IMG/VR virus record: IMGVR_UViG_3300024999_000029
Coordinates: 186,001-250,000 of that record
Direction: 5' to 3' (one strand)
Length of the DNA stretch: 64,000 bases
The notes beneath the pieces were generated by a model, which saw only the letters and a program-made list of their open reading frames with translations, had not been told where the DNA came from and did not search any database. A program made the position numbers and the translations under genes. Positions 34,540 to 45,091 of this stretch are shown here, in pieces. Position 1 is the first letter of the stretch. Every line of letters begins with the position of its first letter.

Positions 34540-34834
34540 ATTTAAACCTCACTATTATTTTATATTTTATTTCTCTCTTTAAAGTTTTTCCATTCTTACA
34601 GTTCCACATTTAGGACAGGAGTACAAACCGACTTCTGTTATGCAACTGTTATAACCATTATCTCTATCTACAACGAAACTACCTTTAATTCTTTCAAAAT
34701 TTTCACCATTTTTATCACTCTCGGCATCATATTCATCATCCCAATAGTAATTCTTTTTGTATCCACATACACACTTCATAACCCTCAACCCCTTTCTGTT
34801 ATCTGTTATAATTAAATATCGTTTTTCATTAATT

Positions 34835-35128
34835 TTAATCCCATCTCAAATCCTCTATATATTGAAACGGACGCGCTATTAATTTATAAGCATCTTCCAA
34901 AATTTCCAAATTAGACATCGTATCTATATTAATTATATCTAAAGATTTTATCTCTGCTAAACGAAGTAAAAATGGACTAAACGTGAAAATATTAATATCT
35001 TTATTGTAATTATCTTTTAATAACTCTACTTGTTTGGTAGGGTGAAACCTATCCCAGTTTTCCATATTATTATCTGGTGCATAGTATACGTTTAAAGAAG
35101 TGTATATTTTCATAATTAATTCCTCCAT
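34835..35128 (-). CDS. degenerate AAA_15/AAA_21 ATPase C-terminal fragment
   Basis: FHPTKQ (cf. LHPxxQ), FTFSPFLL (cf. TTHSPxxL), YKLIARPFQYIE. Confidence 0.45.
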   Translation of the reverse strand: MEELIMKIYTSLNVYYAPDNNMENWDRFHPTKQVELLKDNYNKDINIFTFSPFLLRLAEIKSLDIINIDTMSNLEILEDAYKLIARPFQYIEDLRWD

Positions 35129-35908
35129 ATTTTATTTATTGGTCATCTTCTGTTATAATATGAAACACATCTTTCATTAGTTTAAATCAAAAACAATTTC
35201 TCTTGCCAAACTAATCCCATCTGCAATACTTGTACTTGTTTCATACTCTTTTATCTTAACTTCTTTTTGTTTTTGAAGTTCAATAAACTTAACGTGTGAA
35301 ACACTTTTATTTTCTAACTGTTTATTTATTTCCAAAATGCTTTTTTCTATTGCCCCACATTCTTTTATTTTATTCCGATACTCTTCAGATATTTTTTCTA
35401 TTACTAAATTATATTTCACGTTAAACTCCTTAGTGTCATATTATAAAACAGTTCATTTATCTAAATAAGTCTGCGTATTCTTTTAGTCCTAGGGCTTCAC
35501 ATAATGCCTTTTCTGCTAATTCAATTTTAGCTTCATCTATTATTGCAGGATTGTTCAACCAGTGTAATGCTTCTATTACTTTATCTTTGTTCACATACAT
35601 TTACCTCCTGTTTTATTATATTTTTGATTAAAAATAACCTTTTATCTTGATTTACATTTAATACATTTAATAGGTAAACCTGTTTTGAATTTTAAATTAA
35701 CGCATTTTGTTTTATCTAATGGACAATAATTCACATGTGAATTAATCAAATCTTTTATATAAAGTATATTTTCGGACTCTTTACAATTCGGACAAATTAG
35801 TTCTCCTTCAAATTCTGTGTCACAAGTTTTACATAATATCTTATCACTCAATTAAATCACCTCCACTATATTTAAAATTCTGCTATAACTTAATATCAAA
35901 TAAACTAT

Positions 35909-36493
35909 TTATCTACTAACAACTACTGGAACAACCTTCAATTCCATAATTCGAGCTACAATATATCTGATATATCCGTCTATTAGTAATCCACTATTAT
36001 TAATTACTACTGGCGCATCAAGTTTATTATTGTTTTTATAATATTCAATACAAGCATCAACTTTTTCTTTTCTTGGCGTTGTTTCTAAGAAACATTTGGG
36101 TATTACTATTTTATCAAATTCTACTGAATCGCTGTTGTTATCAATTTCAATAGCACTTTTAAAACCAACATTTCTGATGAACTCTTTTCTTGATTCTGTT
36201 ATAATAACCACTGGTATTTGCATATGATTTAAAGATTTTGCTATAGAATAACCCCTATATCCGCTAACCAAAGAGTATTTGTCATTTTTCTCTTGTTTAA
36301 CTATTATTGGATTGTTCAGCACTGTTATATTTTTATTTTCAATTCTTTCAACTTCCTTCTTAAAAGTAACTCTGGCATTTTTATGTGTTTGTTCTGTGAG
36401 TATAACATCAACTACATTGATTATTTTTACCTCTTGTGACTTTACAAACTCTTCTCTTTTTAGTTGATTTTCTTTAATTATTTGCTTATTCAT
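35909..36493 (-). CDS. protein with two ParB/Srx-like N-terminal domains
   Basis: NPIIV...YSLVSGYRGY and APVVI...LIDGYIRY. Confidence 0.65.
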   Translation of the reverse strand: MNKQIIKENQLKREEFVKSQEVKIINVVDVILTEQTHKNARVTFKKEVERIENKNITVLNNPIIVKQEKNDKYSLVSGYRGYSIAKSLNHMQIPVVIITESRKEFIRNVGFKSAIEIDNNSDSVEFDKIVIPKCFLETTPRKEKVDACIEYYKNNNKLDAPVVINNSGLLIDGYIRYIVARIMELKVVPVVVSR

Positions 36494-37273
36494 AACCTTA
36501 TCCCCCTTTACTATTATTTTATATTCTTAATTTTATCCCAAACTTTCTGACAAGCTCTATAAAACTTATCATCATCGTTGACAGACCATTCTAGCAACTT
36601 ACTCAATATTTTTTCTTGCTTATGTGATACTTTGGTTTTGTTATACAAATATTTTTCTATCTCATTACTATAATCAATTACCATTTACTTCTCACCTACC
36701 TTTTCAAAAATAATAGTTGTTATAATTTCTGTATCACTTGTAAGTAAATTACTATTCATAAGTGCTGAGTGAGGCTTAGAGATTGCTGTTATAATCATAT
36801 CTCTGTAAATTATATTTGAATTTAATAAAAACTTATTGACATCTTTGTCTTTTGTTGATATATCCTTATTCCTAAATGTTTTTGTTTGGATCATATCAAC
36901 CAATCAACCCTTCTTTTATATTTTAATTATGCTAATCTATACGCATCTGTTATTGATCTGTCATATCCATCCATTTCAGCATTTATTAACGCTTGTTCTT
37001 TGGTTGGAGCAAAATAAATACCTATTACTAATTCTCCTGAAACATCATACCATTCATTGTCATCACAAACCGCATCTGCTTTTTTAACCATTTGTGAATC
37101 TCTTACAAAAGAAGCATTTACCACTATTAAATATTTATTCATTTTCAATTTCCTCCTTTATATATTTTTATATTAATGCCTATTTAAATATTTGTTCCAG
37201 AAGCATAATTCCATCAAGTAATAACTGGCTGCTGTTATAAGTCCATGGATAAACATTTAAATCACTTCCTCGC

Positions 37274-37630
37274 TTATATTAGATATATTAATAAATCCTT
37301 ATCAACCTTTTCTTTTGCCTGTTCAATGTTATTTTTAATAATGTATTGCAGTAAACTTCTAATATGAGCTGTCTTGTTGTTTCTTGTTTTCCCTACTGCT
37401 TCGCTTACATACTGTTCAATGTCTGATATAGATACCGTTGCTATATCTCTATTTATACGCTCCATAAATGCTCCAATATCAACTTTATATTGTACCCATG
37501 ATGTAATTTTATCTCCAAACTTTGATTTAAAAGCCTCATAATATGTTTGATTAACTGTAAGTAGATTATATTGCTTAATATGCTCTGCTTTTACCTTTAA
37601 AACCTTTTCACTCATTGTATACTTACCCAT
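37274..37630 (-). CDS. stand-alone integrase core-binding (SAM-like) domain
   Basis: Y..DI..F...DI..V...DIEQY...KTRNNKTAHIRSLLQY pattern of tyrosine recombinase CB domains. Confidence 0.5.
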   Translation of the reverse strand: MGKYTMSEKVLKVKAEHIKQYNLLTVNQTYYEAFKSKFGDKITSWVQYKVDIGAFMERINRDIATVSISDIEQYVSEAVGKTRNNKTAHIRSLLQYIIKNNIEQAKEKVDKDLLIYLI

Positions 37631-40106
37631 TGTTATGACCTCCTTTATAATTTAATTATACTAGTAATAATCTTTTTACGGTATCTTCGCCAAACTTATA
37701 TGCCTTACCGTCACTACATACTGCCTTAACTGGCATTTTATGTGCTTTAAGGTTTAACCCTTTAATTGTAAATGTTTTCCCGTTCATATTAAACTGCTTA
37801 TTATAATCTGTTGGTTTAAATCCAAACAACATACAGTATTTCTCAAATTCCGCTTGTTCAAAAGACTTTCCTGATACTTCTTTCTTATTTACTTGTAAAT
37901 CAAGATTAAAGCTGTTATCCGAATATTTAACTTTCCCTGCTTTGATATTTGCATTATATTTATCAGCTATTTGCTTCAATGCTTCCTCAACTTCCGATCT
38001 GAAATTTATAAATTCTTGCCTTGTTAACATTTTTTTATTCCTCCTTTATATTTTCGATAAACTAAGTTTTTTATTTAAATATAATATGTTTACTATTCTC
38101 TTTTACAAAATTTTCTGCTCCAGATATTTTTACAAACTTTTTAAAACAATCATCATGTATAAACTTTCTGTGTTTACTGCATTTATAAATGTAGTGCGAA
38201 TCTATATCTGTTAATAAAAATTGACTACATACAGGACAGACCTTACAGGATGCACTTTCATATGTTGTATTTGCATTTTTTATACCTCTAGAAACACAAT
38301 ATATATGTTTATTATTTCTTGTGTTTTTTTGGCTGTTCCTTTGCATTTCATTTATAGTCATTCTTTCTCTGCCACTTATAATCATCTTTTCTTTTCCAAA
38401 GTCCCAATCTGGGAATTTTGTTTTAATTATTATTGCTTTTATCGCCAACATGGTTATTATAGTATCTCTGTTATTATTATCCATTTGCTTCAATGTACTA
38501 TTAATATTTTCAGATACGAATCCATATGCTTCTGGAGTATTAATTGCTAGTATTATGTTATTGCTAAATTCATATATACTTATTTTTTGAGACATATCAT
38601 ATGTTATGGTCACAATTTTTTTTACTCCTTTTATTTTATATTTTTCATTAAATCTAATATTTTCTTCAAACTGTTATACTACCTTTATAAATTGAACGTA
38701 TCTTTCTGGCTTCCTGCATCTTGGTTTAACTACATTAAATACAACCTCTAGTGCATCTATTTCTCCTTGCAATTCTCTTCTAATTACATCTTCAACCTCT
38801 GTATTCATATCAATTGTTTCTCGTTTCCATAAATCAAAAATTTGGCTTGTCATACAGTTTGAAATTTGACACTTATCAACACTTTTTAATGATGCATCTT
38901 TAAATGTTTTACTATCAACTAATTCCTTACACTTGTTATCAATCCATTCTTGAAGCTTCATAATTACATCTCCTTTATTTTATATTTTACTTTAAAATGG
39001 GTAATTTATCAACCTTTTAAACCTTGCTGTTATACTAACCATTGATATTATCTAAGTCAACTCCATAAATATCTTTAGTCCAGTTTTTCAATATGTAATG
39101 ATAATTGATTAATCCTTCCCATTCTAGGCACTCTTCAAATACTTCATCTGGTGACATTTTGTTGAGCTGATCATCATGACTTTTATCACTCTCTATTAAT
39201 CCCTGTCTTTGTCTTAATTTCTTCAAAATATATTCTGGATATTGTTTCACGCTGTCCACCGCTCCTCTCTCCATTATACTAATTGTAAAGATAAAATTAT
39301 ACTTGCAAAACCCTGTATTGTCTTTACTCTCTGGATATCTGCAATTTCTTTATGTATTTTATTATTATGTTTATAAGATATTGCCCACTTATCCATATAA
39401 AATCACCTCCTGTTATACAATTTAATATTTATTAACCACACACCATAAAAATCTTTTTTGAGATTCTTTTAACTTTATATATTCTGAGCTGGGTTTATCT
39501 TGCTTAATTGCTTTTATTGCATTTATACATTCGGCAATTGTAATTGTTTTACTATTTTTAACTACTGGACTAAATTGCATATTGACACCTCCCTGTTATA
39601 TTAGATTGTGTTCTTTTAGCTTGTTATAAATCATTTTATATTCTTGATTTGTTAAATTTAATATTTCCTTAATTCTTTTTGCCTCTGCTTCTCTTATGTC
39701 TTGCTCCATCATTTTTTGAATTCGTGGTGTTATATTATTTATTTGTATTGCTTTTATAATTTCTTCATTTCTAGTCACTTTTAATCCCTCCTATTATAGC
39801 CTAACTTACACCTTGAAATGTTTTATGAGATTTTCTTTTGAATCTTAAAGTTCTTTTTCAAACATTAACATTGTACTTGCTCTAATAATTTCCGAATTAT
39901 TTTCACCTATTAATTCAATAAGTTCATTTAATAGTAAATCACAATCAGTAAAGCATTCTTTTTCAAGTTTATAATAAAATTCATCAAATTTATTATTTAT
40001 ATTTTGCGCCTTTTCAATATCTAAACCATATTGTAACATTAATAAATACATACTATAAGCCATTGAATTTAATTCTTTCTCGTTCATTATTATACACCTC
40101 CTGTTA

Positions 40107-40239
40107 TACCTCCTAATACCTTTATGTACCTCCTAATACCTTTATGTACCTCCTAATACCTTTATGTACCTCCTAATACCTTTATGTACCTAATTATACC
40201 TTTATGTACCTCCTAATACCTTTATGTACCTAATTATAC
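40107..40239. repeat. 20-bp tandem repeat TACCTCCTAATACCTTTATG, ~6.6 copies
   Basis: Directly visible; two copies carry the variant TACCTAATTATAC. Confidence 0.95.
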
Positions 40240-40673
40240 TTTGAAATGCTTCTTTTATCGGATTATTTTCAAGCATCCATTTTGAATTTTTACTATATTA
40301 CTTTTCCCAAACTTTATTGTATGTCCAATGCCTATTGAACTAATAATTATTCCTTTTACATATGAAAAGCTTTCTACTCTATCACCTTTTTTAATGGGTT
40401 TATATTCTGTTCTTGCTATATTCATTCTCTATACCTTCTTCCATATGAAAACTTTTCTTATTCTGTTTTTCAGTCAAGTGTTCAACTTCAATAATATCTT
40501 CCACATCAATATCTATGTCGTTCCATTGACCTTCTTCAATTATCTTTAATGCTTCCTTTTTAGAGTTTGCAATAACAGTTCCTTTTGCTGAACCAGCTAC
40601 TCTCATTATAAAATTAAAAGTTTTCATTCTCAACCCTCCTGTTATAAGTTAAAATACTTTTTTCATGTAATTT

Positions 40674-40937
40674 TTAATTTAATGTAGTTGTTTTTGCCAA
40701 TGGTTCTTCGCTGTTTTTCATATCTTTTATTTTTATAGTTGGTATATATTCAATTAAATCTCCAGCCGAACAAAGTAAAGCTTTACAAATTAGATCAATA
40801 TGTTTTAATGTTATTCTTTCAATTGTTTCATTATAAATTTCACTAATTGTATTCGGTCTAATTTTAGTTAATCTAACTAAATCCGCTTGATTCATTCTTT
40901 TTTCATATAATAAATCAGCTAAATGTAACTTAACCAT
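40674..40937 (-). CDS. XRE-family HTH regulator
   Basis: LADLL.EKRMNQADL...TISEIY...ICKAL.C..GDLIEY. Confidence 0.85.
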   Translation of the reverse strand: MVKLHLADLLYEKRMNQADLVRLTKIRPNTISEIYNETIERITLKHIDLICKALLCSAGDLIEYIPTIKIKDMKNSEEPLAKTTTLN

Positions 40938-43644
40938 TTTTAATCACTCCATCAAATTCTAATTCTATTGTTTAACCTCTGTTATTATTCCAATAACCGT
41001 TTCCCCATTTTTTAAATGTGCATAAGCTATGCCGTCACTATCCTGCGTTATCCTTACAACGTCTTCAAATATTCTATTGCCTGTAAAAATTACAGTCATG
41101 TTTTTACACCTCTGTTATATAATTTACTCAAATCTTTGCTTAATATTATTCATAATACAGCCTAATTCACTAACTGTTATATCTTCCTTCTCCTGCTCCA
41201 TATTCCTGCTAATATCTATAAAATTTAATACCTTTTCAAACTCTACCGCCTCAAGTTCTTTAACTGCTATTTTCGCCAGTTCTGTATTTGATATTATCAT
41301 AACTTTCGCCTCCTGTTATATTGAAATACGGATTTTATTTGTTTATCTTTCAAATAATATCTCGAAAATTGGTATGCCTTCATTTCTCATTCCGCTTAAT
41401 GTACCTCTTAACTTTTCTAATTGTTTTTTAACCGCTTGACGTTTTTTATCTTCTCCGATAACTCTATCATCTAAATATATTACTGAGAAATTGCCTTTTA
41501 AAATATCATCCTCCATGAATTTATAAATCATTTCATCTATTCCAGCATTTACAATTGCATTTCTAATTGTAGTTAATACATTTATTTCTGTTCCGTAAAA
41601 TGTACAATCAAGCAAGCATTTAAAAGCCGTTTCATTTTCATTATACATTTTCTCTAATCTTATTGTTTTTTCATACATGATTAATTCCTCCTTAAATTTT
41701 GTTCAAATGCTGAATTTATTTTATTTTAAATTGTTTTCAATTCTTTTTGCCCATTCTATATAATAACCTTGTTTGCTTACTGGAATATCTTTAAACATAC
41801 TCCAAAACATTTCTGTCAAATAAGTATCTCCTATTCTTTCGGCAATTTCTTCAATTTCTTTTAAATTCTTTTCTTTATTAGTCATTGAATAAAACCTTCT
41901 TTCTATTTGTTTTAGTTGAACTATTTTTCTATTTCTGTTATACTTAAATTGTTATATAGCTTTCTAAGCGTTCGAATCGGGATGTGCGGTAAACGTAAAA
42001 GCTATATAGTTTTAACCAATACACAATGTGTATTTAAATTGTAGTAAAATTTGATTTTTAACCAATACACATTGTGTAGGGAATAGGACTGATATAAAAG
42101 CCAGCCCTATTTTTGTTCCTGTTATATTACTTTGATTAAATCATATTTTCCTAAAAAGTTTTTAACAATTAACGCTTCACAAGGTTCAAACTCATAATAA
42201 CGGTCATCCTCTTCATCCGCTGGAATAGCTCCTTTCGTTAACCAAATTATATCACTATCAAGCACTATCTTACGCAACTCTTTTAATTCGTTAATGGCTT
42301 CTTGAGATGGACTATATTTAATATCCCATTTTGCCCTATCATCATAGTCAAGGATAAAGCCATCAAATTCCTTTTCTGCTCTTTCTAATACATAATTTTT
42401 GTGCGCATATTGCCCTAACTCCAAACAATCTTTTAAATATTGACTTCCATTTTCTAATATCCATTTTTTCTTTTCTTCTTCTCTTGCCAACTTTTCTTCT
42501 TGCTCTTTTCTTTTCTTTTCTGTAATTTCTTGTTCCTTTGCTTTTCTTTCCTGTTCCTTCTTATCTATTCCTTCTTGTTCTTTATCTGCATATTTAGCCA
42601 AAAATGACTTTGATAATTCTGAATTATTGGGAAATATAATTTGATCAAAGCTATGGCTTCCATAATTATTAATTTTTAATTCAAAACTAGTCCAACTATA
42701 CCAAGCACCATATGTTGATATAAAAGGTTTAATGTTGATATCTATTATTTCATATTCTAATTCTTCAGCCTTTTTCAACCATTCTTGATTATTATCTTTT
42801 TGTAATTGTTTGGCAATTTCTTCTTTTCCATTTTCAACAAACCAAGCAGCTTGAGCATATCCTCTCTGTTCTTCTTCTGTTATTTTATCACAAAATTTTA
42901 AAACCTCTACATAAATATGATTTACCAGTTCATTTTGATTTTTCATAATACTTCTCCTTCTGTCTGCTCATTACAGACATTTCAAAATTCATTAATTTTG
43001 TTATAGTTTCTCATTTCTAGCTACTATAAAACCGTTATGTTATGCTCTTTTATGGCTCATACACAAGCCATATATTTTATAGCAGAATTGCTATTTTTTC
43101 AATAAATCCACTCATCGAATTAGTTTTAGCTGTATCAATTTTAGCTTTTCCGCTGGCGGTTATTTGGTAAGCTGTTATATCAGTATTACAAACCTCAACC
43201 AAAATACTACCGATTGGTAATTTATGTTCAAAATTTATATTTAAGAAATCTCCAATAAAAGCATAACCATTTGTTTTCGTAATATCTACACTTTTAATGA
43301 CCTTTACCCAGTGTTTGTATTTTGTTTTATGATGATTTGCTGAATTTTTGCAGTCGTGAGTATAAACTATTAATTTTTCTTCAGGTGGCTTTCTGGATTT
43401 TAATTCAGAATTGATTAATTCATTCAAATTTTTTAATTCTTCAATTGACATATTTTTTAGAGTTTCATTATTAAACATTTTATTTTCCTCCTTGGCTCAT
43501 TAGCCTTGAATTTTGTAACAGCTCATTAACTGTTATATGTAATTATATGTTAGTGTTTATCAACTGTCAATATTAGTATAATACTATCATATACGATTGT
43601 CAAGAATTCTATGCTATTATTTTATATTTTATTTCATTAATTTA

Positions 43645-43908
43645 CTATTGCTCTATTAATTGTGTTATATCAATATTTAATAAGTTCGCAAGTTTTAAAG
43701 CTATTTCAAAGGCTATAGTATGACGTTTTTTGGGCTGTCTATATGCGTATATTGTTTCTATCTTTAAATTCAATTTATCGGCTATATATTGGGTTTCACA
43801 GCTTGACTCATTGATATATTTTACAATATTTTTCTTAATAATTACAGGATCAACACTGTTATAATAATTAATGAGTGCTTCCAATTCTCTTTGTTCTTGT
43901 GTAATCAT
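43645..43908 (-). CDS. HTH protein
   Basis: IADKLNLKIETIY...FEIALKLANLLNIDI. Confidence 0.65.
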   Translation of the reverse strand: MITQEQRELEALINYYNSVDPVIIKKNIVKYINESSCETQYIADKLNLKIETIYAYRQPKKRHTIAFEIALKLANLLNIDITQLIEQ

Positions 43909-45091
43909 GGTTTCGCCTCCTGTTATTGTAGAAAATCATGGTTTTATCTTAAAATATTATCACATACTCTATAGCCCATTAATGCAATTTCCCTTGATGA
44001 TACAATTTTTGAATTTGAATCTTTAAAGCACTCAGTTTCAAAACTAGCTTTTTTTAGTTTTATATAGCTCTCCTCTTGTTTCGTTTCCCAATTATAAAAA
44101 ACTATTGTTTGCCCTTCTTTTACGGCTTTTAATATTTGTATGACTTCTAAATCTAACATTGTAGAGCCTCCTCAATTATATTTTACTTTTTGTTATACGT
44201 TAAAATTGGATTTTTATTCATTTATTAATTTTTCTATTGCCCAATCTGTAAAACTATCTCTTTCAATAATAAATAATTGATCATCGATTTTTATTTCAGT
44301 ACCATTTTTTAATGGACAGTCTGGCTCGCCTGTGAAAGTATTCCAATGATTTACATAAATTCCTTTTGAATATCTGTCTTTTATATGTCTACTATAAAAC
44401 CTTTTTGTGTTTTTATCTTGATAAATTACTCTACATTGTCCCGTTTGTTCTTCAATTTTAATTAAGTCTAACATTTTTTATTCCTCCATGTAATATATTT
44501 TGGTTCGTGTTATATAATATTTTGGCTTATTAATATAATGTATTCCATTTTTCGGTCAAATAGTATTCTGGTATTTTATATTTACTTTTTAACTTGTTGT
44601 ATGTAGTAACTGTTATATCAATACACTCATCTATTGTTGGTATGCCTATTTTAAAGCCTTTTGGATATTTTTTTAATCTCTTTTCAATCTCTCTTTTACT
44701 CTTAATATAAACCAATCCTCTAAAATTTTCATCCTCATCTAATTTAACATAGATTTTATTACCAAAAGCATCTTTAATTTTTTCGTCAATTAATTCCATT
44801 TTTAAAACCTCCATGTATTATATTTTAGTTTGTGTTATATGATATTGTGAGTTTATCTAATTATCTAAATATAATGATATTCTTTGTTTTAGATAATATT
44901 GATTTAAGTCTAATATTGCAGATAGTTTCATTATGCCTTTATTATTAAATGTAAAATTATAGCCATTAAGTCTAATATATTCATTCCAAAGTTGTTTACC
45001 TTCATACCATAAATTTCTTTGTTCAGTAGTCATTTTTAAAACTCCTTTCAGATATATTTTGACTTCTGTTATATAAAATAACCATTTTATA

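Noticed and set aside
40107-40239. CRISPR array
   Set aside because: Direct tandem repeats without unique spacers; no cas genes.
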